From contig OX597832.1 of the NCBI GenBank assembly GCA_951406725.2, forward strand, positions 2,728,001 through 2,792,000: a stretch of 64,000 bases of DNA, read 5' to 3'. How positions within the stretch are numbered: the stretch's first letter is position 1; each line of letters starts with the position of its first letter. This document shows positions 27,722-40,463 of this stretch, piece after piece. The notes below the pieces were generated by a model. That model saw only the letters and a list, made by a program, of their open reading frames with translations. It was not told where the DNA came from and searched no databases. A program made the position numbers and the translations under genes. This stretch comes from Octopus vulgaris (Eukaryota).

Positions 27722-28490
27722 TGCCGTCCGTGCTCCAATCGGGAACAAGACAGCTGGATTTCTTTAGATGTTTAGAAACTTCATTGGGAAGTATAAACGT
27801 TTCACTACTTGTGGGTGGTGATGGCTGGAATTGTATTTTAGACATACGATTGAATTGTGTAGGGTTAACTTACACAATTCGATCTGCAAAAGTCTGAGAA
27901 AGCTGTTCAGATAGTTCCAAGTGTCCGACAGGCATCGACTAGACTTCCTGAATGCGCCAGTGAGAACATAAAGCAACAACAATAGGATATTCAGATCGTA
28001 CATAGAGTGTTCATTAGGTTAGCAGACAGAAATAGTGTTGGGTATCAATAATTTATACAGGACAGTTACACCAACCTCAAATTTGAGATCTAGACAGTCG
28101 ACTTTGATAGAACTTGCAGGCAGGGACCCGATTACTAGAAGTTGAGCGCAAAGACTACCGAGATTGTATTAGTGAGCTAGTCAAGCGGCAGTTGACGGAG
28201 AAATTTGTCAACAATCTGTAGTGGAGTGCCCAGAAGACGCCAGATAGATGTGAATTGATAGCCTTTAGTAAAGGAGCAAGTGATACAGAGAAGTGCATTA
28301 GAGAGGAAGCTAGTTAGCAAGCTAGAAGTGATTAGCAAAGGCATGACGACCGATGTGCTAGCGGCAGGGAGGGCTCTCGAAGATTTCTATAATGCGAAAC
28401 ATAAAGGCTCATGCGTTAAAACGGTTAAAGCGGTAACGGAAGTCATTCGGTGGACACGGGCAACGGAAGCGCGACATAGTGCAGTGGATT
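27722..28490 (+). pseudogene. L1/Tx1-type ORF2 AP-endonuclease fragment
   Basis: Manual translation: QLDFFRCLETSLGSINVSLLVGGDGWNCILDIRL...FQVSDRHR...RSYI(D)RVFIR...SYTN...GPDY*KL, matching the GGD.N.ILD, SY.DR, S.TDH and G.GYWKLN motifs. Confidence 0.7.
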
Positions 28491-28559
28491 CTCTCTCTCT
28501 CTCTCTCTCTCTCTGTTATATATACATGAATACAGACGTAGTAGATAACAGCTAGCCTT

Positions 28560-31230
28560 CGGCCACTCTTTTGAGCCCTGTTGTGTCCACTACTCTGATT
28601 GGTTGGTATTGGCGCAATTTGTCTCTTGTTCTGTTACGCACCAATGTGCAACCCAACCAATCGCAGCCTTCTGACAAGGTCAGTTTACACCGATAGAATG
28701 GTATAAAATGCTAGCTTCAACACCGCCTTTCGTCTCTCAGTTCCAGACCTTCTAAGTTCTAGCCACTGACCACAGAACACACAGCTAGTTCCAGCGATAA
28801 CCAACAGTAGCCACATGGAGACGAATCAACACTCGACCAAAAGCATACGGCAATCTCCATCCCCGTCGCCAACAACATCTCTCTATGTACACAGCAACAC
28901 TCGCCCAGGTTCTATCTCTTCACTGTTTGTGAATTACTTCACCATGGTTAACAGCAAATACAACCTGCGAGAACTCCCGTACCAAGTATTCCGGCAGTAG
29001 CATTATAGCCACTACTTCGTACAACGCGTACCGCACAGGCTCTGCTTCTTCGCCTCAACTTCTTGTTACAGCACTTCAACAATCGTGTACCCTGACTACG
29101 AACTGGTATTTATCTTCCTTGTGTCTGCATAATAGACTGTGGCAAATGAGGAAGCGCAAGCGATACTGCATCATAGGGTTCCACAAGGAAAAGAAATACG
29201 GCGGAGACAAATACAGGAACTTGATCGTGTTGTATTATCCCTGGCGATATGAATTCGTCCCTCTGAAAGACCAATTCTTCTCCTTTAAAGAACACAATGA
29301 ACATGTAAAGGATATTGTCCATGCTAACGAAGTTATGTTTAGCGTTAATGCTGAAGAGCTGGACAGAGCCTATGATGACCTGCAGCAGATGGGTTCCCCA
29401 GAAGATGCCCGGGAGGGTGTGGCTCCAAATGTAGAGTTCCAATGATCTGAACAAGAAGCGGAAGGAATAATCGGAGAACGTGTGCTCCCAGAAGAAGACC
29501 AGCTTCTCAACGTAGATCTGGCCCCTCATTTGGCATCTAGTGATCATTCGGAGCTCCATGTTCGTTTCACATTCACGGCGGTTTTAGAACATCTGTGAGA
29601 ACTCTGACCTATATTCCCAATATGGAGGAGTCAGTATTTTGGCCGTAGGTGACTTTTACCAGCTTCAGCTTGTTGGACAAAATCTAGTACTTGGCTTCCC
29701 ATCTGACAATTACGCCCGACTACACGGTTTACTTTAGGAGGAATACTTCACTTTGATTAAACTTACAGAGAGCATAAGGCAGAAGCGGGTGAGAATAGGT
29801 GTATGTCCACAGAATGACATCGTCTTGCTCAAATGCAGGGTTGTTAAAAAAAAACAGACAATGGCTACTCAGCAGAAGCTCTCCACGCGTTCAAAACGAA
29901 CAAAGAAGTAGATGATCATAATGCTGAGCATCTAGAAACGCTTCCCACTCAAGTGTTTAACATCAAGGAAATTGACACCAAGAAGGGCATTCATACAGGA
30001 CTCATTGATGTTCTAATTTTAACAAAACCATCAGAGACTGGAGGTTTAAGGGAAGTCGTATCAGTAGCAGTTGGTGCCAGAGTGATGGTGACTGTAAACA
30101 TTGATTTCTCCGATAGTCTGGCGAATGAAGTGTGAAACAGTGGCAGAGACTGAACACACTGGAAATGACATTCATGCCATCTTAGTGAAATTTGACAGTG
30201 AACGCGTTGGCAGAGTGGCCATTGCTACAGTCAATATAAGCGTATTCGTACTCTGGAGCAGTGCCTATCAAACGTCAGCATGTACAGTTCTTTACTGGAA
30301 GGGCAGACAATCAGTTAAAACAAAACAAGTTCAATTCCCACTATCACTGGCTTGGGGCTGCACAATTCATAAAGTCCAAGGGAAGACTCAGGATAAGATT
30401 GTTGTCTCTATGGAAGGAAAGAGAACATTCATGCCGGGTTGGGCATATGTTGCTCGCAGCAGGGTCAAATCTCTGAATGGTCTATTTCTCCTAGGATTTG
30501 ATGCAAGCAACATCCGTGTTAACCTATCTGTAGTTAAAGAAATGAACCGGCTCCGTCAAAAATCTGAATCAAACACCAAACTAAATGCTGTACCAACTAC
30601 TACTGATGCTTCCTCGAACATTCGATCTTATTTGGAACACCAGGACGACCTTAAAACAAATGAGAGAATCCTTCAAGTAGATGACTTCTGTTTTGTGAAG
30701 ACATTCTTGAAGCAACGGCAACAGGTTGAGTCCATCCTGCATCTGTCTAACACCTTCAGAGCAGACAAGCCTGTCATAACAGGGCGAGAAAGTGATATCA
30801 TGACGATTGCAAGAAAAGATACTTCACCGTAGCGCAGCTGAACCTGGGAGCCAATCAACTGGAATACACAGCTGTCGCGGTCACGAAATACGCAAAAAAA
30901 AATTTATCATTATTACTTTCTACAGACCACTATCTTTGACTACAGCAATATTCATTTCCAGGCTATAAATCCTCATGCAATCCATACCGAGAGATGTCAT
31001 AACCGTTATCATTGGGAATTTTAACGTTGATCTCATTAACTCCTCTCATCACCAAATCTTGACCATCATGGAGGAATTTGGCTTTACCCAGCATGTGCGG
31101 ATACCCATCACAGACTATGGTACTTTGTCGGACCACGTGTATGTCAACAGAACAGAATGTGTATTAGCAGATGTTATAGATACATATTTTTCCAACCACG
31201 ATACAGTATGCATTTCATTTACAATTATGA
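28560..31230 (+). mobile_element. Helentron-type rolling-circle element remnant (Rep C-terminus, PIF1 helicase, AP endonuclease)
   Basis: MRKR...LYYPWR.E (29119..29445), GGVSILAVGDFYQL (~29623-29664), VGARVMVTVNID, QFPLSLAWGCTIHKVQGKT and AYVARSRVKSLNGL. Then EEP motifs IIGNFNVDL, TDYGTLSDHVY and FSNHD. Frameshifted. Confidence 0.85.
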
Positions 31231-31424
31231 TTATGTTCAATTATGCTTTTCTCCCGAAGTTCTTGTTGCATTTCAACCAGTGTTTCCAAAATTTTTACAT
31301 AGTGACTCCCCAAGACTTATCGACATGTGTGCACTCAAGTTATGCAAACATTTTCATTACCCAGATGACAGATACAGCATTACAAACACGGTCCGCACAC
31401 CCACTTTCACATTTCATGGCTACC

Positions 31425-31599
31425 GTTGGGGATCGATCAGGTACCGGACAAGGATTCTGGATTATTTTTCTGGTTTTGTTTTTACTTAATTTTTGAGAGC
31501 GGTCGGGTTCATTTTTAGTATTCTCGTTTGTGAGAGAAGTCGAGTTTATTTTAGATATTCTCATTTTAAAAATCATCTCTGGCTAATCGTTGGTGTTGT
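31425..31599 (+). mobile_element. Non-autonomous Helentron-type (HINE-like) 3' segment, apparently resuming at 36780-36807
   Basis: gatcgatcaggtaccggacaaggattctggatt...catctctggctaatcgttg resembles an abundant octopus Helentron-derived repeat as I recall it. Its expected terminal hairpin plus CTTGTT (gctctctgagtgttcttgtt) appears at 36788-36807. Confidence 0.55.
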
Positions 31600-31743
31600 C
31601 GTTAGTGTTGTATTTGAGTTTGAAGTGTATACGCTCCATATGGGTACTGTTAGTGTTAAACTGTTATTTACTGAATTGTTGGATTGTTGTTACCTGAAAT
31701 TGTTGAACTTGTTACCGGGTTTTTAAAATTTTCTTCCCCATTT

Positions 31744-33165
31744 ATGGGTGAAGTTGTGAACAATATTGTTATGGAAGGTACACCAGTGCAAGCGGGCAGT
31801 TATGCTGCGGTGACTGGCAAAAGCCTGTCAGCAGAGGTACTGCAAGTTAGAGAAGTTGAATTGAAGGAGAAAAACTTCAAGAAATATAATGATTTATTGA
31901 GAAAGGAGGGAGATAGCCTGGGGTTGATGCCTCCCAAGGAAGTGATAGAAAAAACGGAGAAGAAAACAATAGTATACAGAACGTTGAATATTGCAACGAA
32001 AAATGTGGAAATAGCAGCAAAGAAGGCGGTCGAGGAATACCCGAGAGAAGTTAAGAATGTAACGGCGTACTACACCAGAAGAAGGAAATACAGCACAGTG
32101 GAGGTACGCTTCGTACGTGAAGAAGAAGCGAGAAAATACTCCACTGTGCCTTTGAAATCAGCTGAGTGGGCACTACTACCGACTTACTGTAGAGTAAGAA
32201 TAGGTAGAGTGCTCCCCAGAAATTGATGAGGCGTGGCTGGTGGCAGCCATCCTTACAATACAGAGGAGGACACCGAAATATTGAAAATATCGAGAAATAC
32301 AGAGGTGAACTTGTTGGGGTATAGACTAGAGGTATCGGTCCATATAAGCTTGCCAGACTTCCACAAGATTGCGGAAGAACTGGTACTGCCAGACGAAACA
32401 AGGTTAAGAATTGTGGTGGAAGGAAGATCGCCTGTATGTTTTCTATGTGGAGTAAGGGGACCAATGAAAGTTAAATGTCACCAGAAACACGAAGAGAAGG
32501 TGACGGAGATGGAACAGTAAGAAGAGGTAGACGTGCAAAGCATAGAGGAGCAGAGGCCAGTGGAAAATATGGAAGAAAGATACACAGTGGTGAAGAGGAA
32601 GAAAAGACAAGAAAACGCGGACTCACCACAAAGAGTGCCATGAAGAAAAGTAAAGAAAGTGTAGAGGAGAGACAAGGGTTACCAAAAGGAGGAAAAGTGA
32701 GCGAGAAGAAAAGAAACGAGATGTCGGCAAAATTAAGCGAGAAACACAAAGAGAGAAAACAGAGAGCAATACCAGCAAGGACAGGGAAGATAGAAGAGAA
32801 ATGATAACAACATCGAGCGAGAGACAAGCAGAGAAGAAAGAGATGGAAATACCAACAACAGCAGAAGAGATTAGTAATGGAAATCAGAAAGTAACACTGA
32901 AGGGAAACAATTAAGAACAATGATAGAGTACAGAAAAAATGTGGAAATTGAAAAAAGATAACGAAAATAAAAAAATGTAATTAGGGTGAATTTGGCGCCC
33001 AGGGAGTGCAATGAAGGAGTTAATGCAGTCTTGCTTGTAAAAGAGAGGTGTGAAAGGTTGAAGGAACATTTCAGGGAAATGATAGAAATATTACCGTTGC
33101 AGTTTCGATTTAATGAGTTGCCAACGGTGGTGGCATTCGAGGACATAATGGAATATTTAATATAA
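31744..33165 (+). pseudogene. LINE ORF1/ZCCHC3-like zinc-knuckle protein, unit 1 (disrupted)
   Basis: MGEVVNN...SYAAVTG...YSTVEVRF...RIGR..EIDEAWLVAAIL...VVEGRSPVCFLCGVRGPMKVKC, a charged linker, then FNELPTVVAFED. AATAAA at 33401. No RT. Confidence 0.75.
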
Positions 33166-33581
33166 ATGGAAAGTGAAATTTTTAAAATAAGGACTTTAAA
33201 AAAAAAATGATGGAAAAACAAGAATAATGAACTGTGTGATATATAAACAGTAAAATGGAACTGCCTGCTTGGGGTGGGGGCAGGCAAGCCATTTCATCTC
33301 ATTTATCATTTATTCATAATTTCATCCGTTATAGGTTTTGTGTACCCCTCTGTATTGTTTTGTCTTTGTATTGTCCAATCCTTATAAGAGCCTTGTGCCT
33401 AATAAAAGAAATCAGGGCGTTGGTGTTGTGGTTGAGTCATTTGATTCCTTGTTGCATTTGATGTGTTCGCTTCATGTGAGTCTTGTTGTTGTTTAAATTG
33501 AAGGTCTACCGCACCTAATTGTTATATTATTGGATTGTTAAATTTATTGTTACCTGTGAACTTTTATTTTCTTCCCCATTT

Positions 33582-34982
33582 ATGGGTGAAGTTGTGAATA
33601 ACATTATGGAAAGTCAACCAGTTCCAGCAGGCAGTTACGCTGCAGTAACTGGGGATAGTCTAACGGCAGATATCCTGCAAGTAAGAGAAATTCGACTGAA
33701 CGACACAAATTTTAAGAAATATAATGAGTTGTTACGAAAGGAGGGAGAGAGCCTGAAGCTGACGCCGCCCAAGAAAATTATGGAAAAAAAAAGGACAATA
33801 ATATACGGAACACTGTCTATCGCTACAAAAAGAGTTGAAATAGCTGCAGCGGAGGCAGTCGAAGAATGCTTGAAAGAAATCAAAAGCCTAACTACGTATT
33901 ACACCAGAGGAAAGAAATATGGCACAGTGGAGGTACGCTTCGCGAGTGTACAAGAAGCGATTAAACACTCCACTGTGCCTTTGAGATCAACTGAGTAGGT
34001 ACTGCTACCAACCTACTGTGGCAAACGTGTGGCTAGATTTAGGATTGGTAGAATGCCCTCAGAAATTGACGAGGTGTGGCTGGTGGCAGCCATCCTCTAT
34101 AATACAGAAGAGGAAAATAAAACACTTCAAATCACAAGAACTTCGAAGGTAAACTATTGGGGATACGGCCTTGAGGTGATGGTCCACATCAGTTTGTCAG
34201 ATCTTCATAAAATCACAGAACTAGTTTTACCCGATGAAACGAAGTTAAGAGTCGCGGTGGAAGGAAGACCTCCCGTATGCTATCAATGTGGAGTATGGGG
34301 ACACATGAAAGCTAAGTGTCTCCAGGAAGACGAAGAGGAGGGGCTAGAGAAAGAACAACAAGAAGAGGCTTCAACCGTAGAAGAGGAAAGTATGGAAGAA
34401 CAGTGGCGACGAGGAAGAAGAGTAACGCGGACTCACCACCAAAAAGTCCTAGGAAGAAAAGAAAGGGAAACGGAGAGGAGACGCAGAGCGTGAAACAAAG
34501 AAAAGTGAACGAGCAGAGAAAAATTGAAAGGTCAACAAAAGTAAGTGACAAAGTCGAAGAGCGAAAACACAGACCGTAACCAACAACCAGCATGGAGGAG
34601 AAAGTACAGAAGAAAAAGGAAGATGAAAGAAAAATGATAACAATAAAGAGAGACATACAGAGATAGAAATACCAGCAACAGCAGAAGAGATTGGCGAAGA
34701 AAAACAGAGAGAGACACCGAAAGGAAAACAAGTAAGAAATATGATACAATACACAAAAAGTGTAGAGATAGAAAAAAGATTGCGAAAATGAAGAATGTAA
34801 TTAGAATTAAATTGCCATCCAATGAGAACAATGTAGGTTTGAAAGCTGTTCTGCTGGAAAGAGAGAGAGAGAGGTTAAAGGAAATGTTTGGTGAAAAGTT
34901 AGAAGTGACACCGGTACAGTATCGTTTTGATGAATTGCCGCCGGTGGTGGCATTTGAAGACTTAACGGAGTATTTAGTGTAA
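33582..34982 (+). pseudogene. LINE ORF1/ZCCHC3-like zinc-knuckle protein, unit 2 (disrupted)
   Basis: Paralog of unit 1: SYAAVTG, YGTVEVRF, VEGRPPVCYQCGVWGHMKAKC (CCHC), FDELPPVVAFED. TGG>TAG at 33996 plus frameshifts. AATAAA at 35260. Confidence 0.78.
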
Positions 34983-35373
34983 ATGAGGGTGAGGAAATTT
35001 AAGAACTGAATAATTGGTGACTTTGTGTAAATTTTAAAAGAAAAGGAAAAAAAGGGGGGGGGGAAACAAGACATAATATTGAACTGTTCGTAAAACGTTA
35101 TATAAAAACAGTAAAATGAAACTAGTGGGGGGCAGGTAAGTCATTCCATCCTCATTTTTCATTGTAGCCATAATTTCATACGATATGTGTTTTTATGTAC
35201 CCCATTGTATTGTTTTGTATGTCCTTGTATTGTCCCCTCTATACAAGAGCCATGTGCTTAATAAAAGAAATAAAGACGTTGTTGTTTGAGTTAGTCATTT
35301 GTGACCACGGTTTGATTGAGGATGGTTGTCTTTTTGAGACTGTCCGCTGGAAGCAATTCAGTTAAAAGTGGAC

Positions 35374-36513
35374 ATGGAAGAGGTAGTGGGAGGCGAGCAG
35401 TTTGTGCAGGGAGAGGGAGACACTGTAGGGCTGGTCCCTCCAGACGAAACAGTCAGCGACAGGAGCGATGGGACGGAGGTGTGTCGCACGCAGGCGGTCG
35501 CCACCAACAAAGTGGAGATCTTGTCAGAGGATGATGTCGAGAAGTGTCTGGGAGTCCTAGTCAAGGAGGCAACATTTGTGAGTGGAGGATACAGCGCGAT
35601 GGAGGTTTGCCACCAGGGAGGAGGCGGCCTCACATTCCACCACTTTTCTGCCTTCTGACAAGGTAACGCTGCTGCCCATGTGTGGGGGAGGGCACGGTGT
35701 TCGAGTAGGAGGGGTGCCACCAGAAATAGAGACGGAGTGGTTGGTAGCAGCTATTTTGGCTTCCACCGGGGACGATCCAGAGTTGGGACCAGTGAGAGGA
35801 GCGAACGTGTTGAACTGGTGGGGATGCGGTATTGAGATGTGGTTTTTTGCTGCATTCGAGGACATGGAAGGAGTCCCCTACCAGGTGGAGATTGCGGGAT
35901 GGGGAGTTCTCTTAAAGTAGTTGTGGAGGGTCGTCGACTCAATTGTTACCAATGTGGTGGGAGAGGTCACATGGGAACGCAGTGCCCCAAGCACGAGCAA
36001 CCTCAGAGTGGAAGGACTGTGGAGATGGAGGAAGGGATCGAAGCGGAGAGGAACGGGGGGGGGGGGAGGAACGAGGGAAGACGGATCAAGGGAGGCAGGG
36101 GAAGGGAGTGGCGGGTTTTTGTCCCCAAAAGGAGGAGAGCGAGGTCAAGGGGGCACTCGCGGGAACCGGCGGCAGAAGCGGAGAGGGCGCCCAAGGGAGG
36201 TGGGGAGCCGCCTAGACTTGGGCGTGCGCATGCGGTGGAAACGGAACCAAGAGAGGAAGAATACAAACATAAGCGATTTATGGTTTACTATGCAGAGGTG
36301 GAGGGGTTTCGTGGGGGTGGAGCTGTCCAGGGAGAATTTCGAGGAGATGAAAGATGTGTTCTATTGAACGACGAAAGATACGAAAGGTTCATGGATTCTT
36401 ATGGTGAATTGGTGACTATGGTTGATAGGCCGGTGTTGTATAATGCAATGCCGCCCATGGTGGAACATGCAAAGTTTGAAAATTTCAAGGAAAAAATATT
36501 AAATGTAATATGA
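35374..36513 (+). pseudogene. LINE ORF1/ZCCHC3-like zinc-knuckle protein, unit 3 (divergent, GC-richer, disrupted)
   Basis: VRVGGVPPEIETEWLVAAIL, NWWGCG, VVEGRRLNCYQCGGRGHMGTQC and YNAMPPMV. AATAAA at 36769. Confidence 0.72.
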
Positions 36514-37870
36514 ACAATATATAAAAAAAAATTATGATGAAAATGTGAACTTTTTGTTTTCTTAAAAAAAGAAAAAAAAAACCCAGGAAAAACTCCAAAA
36601 TCAGGTCTAAATGAAATCGAGTGAAAATTGCGCCTCATTTTATTATTATTCATAATTTCATTCGTTTCTTTTATCTTTTCTTCTTTGCTCGATTTCTTTT
36701 TTATATTTTTTATTTTCCCGATTTTATGTTTTGTATTGTCAAACCTCTATATTTAACCCCTTGTGGACAATAAAGAAACGAGGACGTGCTCTCTGAGTGT
36801 TCTTGTTGTCGTTGTTATTTGTAAAAGACCAACACAGTTTAACTCTATGTGCAATAATAAAATCTGTTAAATGTTCGCTGGTGTTGTCGGTTACTTCTTC
36901 ACGCAGTCCCAGAAAAAGCATCTTCGTTCATCAACTAAACCAGTCATCATCTCATCAGTCAACAACCTCCCTTCCATTTATTATTTTCAATACATAATGA
37001 TGGATTTGAACAGTTAAAAAAAAATTGGATCTTTTCAATTCTGAAACTCCCGACTGCAAACAAGCGCATATGTAAATCATTATCTGCTGATATCAAAATA
37101 AGTGGTATATTTAAAAAAATAAAAATTTATTCTTGGGTGGGGGGAAACATTTGTGACCCCAATGGTCAAAAGGGGGCCTTTGGCCAAAATGGGTTGAAAA
37201 CCTTTGTACTAGATGACAACTAGATTAAAAAGGCTTTGTTTAAACCAAGCCTTTTTTACGTACTTCGGAATGAGCGAAAGACAGCCCAAATCAAAGATAG
37301 TATGACACCGTTGGTCTTCAGGAAGGGAACAGTGAAACACTGCAAGCTATTGTAAATACAGAAGAATTACTATGCGGGAATTTTTTTGTGAAATGCTTTA
37401 ATTGTATGGAAAGATAACGAATGCTAGAAATTCCCGGTTGCGAGATTGACAAATTGTCGTTGTTACTATTGTTTTTGTGGTGTTATAAAAGTCATTAGCT
37501 TTAGAAATGTACTCACATATGTTGTTGTCTGCGTGAATGTCACTTTATTCTTTTCAAAATGTGTACTTTGGCGTAAGATATTTTTGTTTTCTCGTGTTTT
37601 CGTTTTTTTTTTTTTTTAAATCTTTTTTTTAATATCCATAAAAACTCAGTAAGAATGAAGAAACAGTTTTCTTCGTAAATGAAGGGGTCTTTTTCTTCCC
37701 CAGAACAGTGGAAAATTGCTTGTCACGGTATATGTCCATATGTTAAGTTTCGAAGATATTTAAAAAGAGCCACTTTAAATAGAAAAAAAAATGAAAATGT
37801 TTTCCTTCGTATTTTTCTGGGCAGATAGTTTAAGTTTTACTTATTTTCTAATAAGTCGATCTAATTTTTT

Positions 37871-39047
37871 GGATCTTTTCTATTCTGAAGCCAGTTTTTT
37901 CAAATTTTTCCTACTGAACCAAACAATTTTAAACTTCGTATACTGGTAGAATGTGTCAAAAGTAAACTTAATTGTAAACCAGAATGAAAACGGAATTGTA
38001 ACTTCTAAGTTTAACGTTGTTTAATAATTAGAATTTTAACCAATGATATTCCGTCATTCGGCTTTATTTTATTTACTCCGTCTCGACCACCAATTTCGTG
38101 ACGTATTAAACATCTTAAATGTAAACAAGCGTGTGTGAAGAGACAGAGAGAGTAATGTGTGAAAGAGAGAGATAACTGAAATTTTTTACTCGGTGTATGT
38201 GTATATGTATGTCTGCATGTATGTGTGTGTGTATGTATGTGTAAATATGTGTGTGTGTGTATGTATGTGTGTGTGTGTATGTATGTATGGCCGATTCATC
38301 GTAATTACGATGAATCGGCCATACATACATAGATACATACACACACACACATACATGCAGACATACATATACACATACACCGAGTAAAAAATTTCAGTTA
38401 TCTCTCTCTTTCACACATTACTCTCTCTGTCTCTTCACACACACTAACAGAAGCACTTCACTTACACAACATACTGTCTCCCACACCCCATCAAACACAC
38501 ACACACACACACACACATGTACATCAATGCTTCCCCTAGACGGTAACTTCAAAGACAAACTTCCCTCGTCATAAAATCGCTTCCTCTTAGTCTCTTTCGC
38601 TCTCATTACTTATGTAAAAAAATAAAAGTTTTTTACGGAAATCGACGGAAAACTTGTGCTACGACAAGAGAAACTTCGCCGAAATTTAATATTAAAAAAG
38701 CAAAGAGCTGGCAGAAACGTTAGCACGCCGGGCGAAATGCGTAGCCGTATTTCGTCTGCCGTTACGTTCTGTGTTTGTTTACAGTTTTCCGAACGTTAGT
38801 ACGTCACAAAAGCGCTTTCTACGTCACACTAATAGAATGCAGTCAAGTTTTACACATGAAAACAAACAATCTGATTGGTTAAAATTCGCAGTTTTAATCT
38901 ACGATTAAAGTCATAAAATAGATTTTTCTCAAATAAACTAGTTCCAACCTGTGTCTTGTTTTGCTAGACTCTATCAGCATACGAAGTTTCAGATTATTTA
39001 GTTAAGTAGAAAGATCTGTGGTCCTGGCTTCAGAATTGAAAAGATCC
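37871..39047. mobile_element. Merlin-like non-autonomous element (TIR pair); a related TIR also at 37027
   Basis: GGATCTTTTCTATTCTGAAGCCAG ... CTGGCTTCAGAATTGAAAAGATCC, sharing termini and an internal aaacttcgtatact motif with the MITE at 25281. No clear TSD. Confidence 0.6.
38131..38442. repeat. Near-perfect spacerless palindrome centred at 38304/38305
   Basis: ggccgattcatcgtaa|ttacgatgaatcggcc centre; outer arms gtgaagagacagagagagtaatgtgtgaaagagagagataactgaaattttttactcgg and its exact inverse. Confidence 0.93.
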
Positions 39048-39720
39048 TTTAAGATCCTTCCCTTTTTAAAATGACGTAAAAAATCTGAAAATTTGAAAAT
39101 TAAACATTCATTTCGTATTGAGGATGTAGTTTGTTTCATTCACAAAATCTGCATTTTTTTAAAAAGGAAGTAAAAAATCTGAAAATTGGTTATCTTGATG
39201 CAGTTTTCCACGCTTATTCCTATGAATCCATGAATTTCTGGAGAAAAAAATTGACACACCAATTTTTTTTTTAATTCGTGGTTTTAAAATATGGACAGTT
39301 CAAATCTACCATTCGTTTCTCTTTATAATTTCCAAATAACTTCTTAAATACTTCAAAATCAAAATCGCGTAAATATGTATGCCAGAAACAGTAGTTAGAA
39401 ATTAAGGAAATAGATTTTTGAGAGATCTCTTATTATGACTGACTTTTATTCCATTATTCTAATATCTCCTGAAACTTATACACGTATAAATGCGTATAGA
39501 AACATACAAATATATACAAACACACACATACATTTTAACCGAGTTATATTTCTACACAATTGTACCCCAAAGATTTGCTTCTTCATAACCTTCAGAAAAT
39601 TAAATATTTCTTTTCTACAAATATGCTTCAGATCATGTATATTCCAATTAAATTGGAATTCATTGTGAAAACCGTTTGTCCCTAAAGGAGTTTTAGAAAA
39701 TTCACACCATTAGGCTTTGT

Positions 39721-40300
<580 letters not shown>

Positions 40301-40463
40301 AATTAAAATTGCATTTATTTCTAAATGCTGTATTTGTTTTCCGTGAAAGTTTGGCGCGCTGTTAGTTGGGGCATTTGAATTATAACGTCGGATGTAATCA
40401 ATTGAACCACACGCGTATTTATCGTTATGGTAAAATCTGGCGTGTGATTGAGTGGATTTCATC

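Noticed and set aside
30101-30832. Host PIF1 helicase gene (also 58272..58793)
   Set aside because: Both are intronless, frameshifted or truncated, and fused to an endonuclease or bounded by Helitron termini, so they are transposon-derived.
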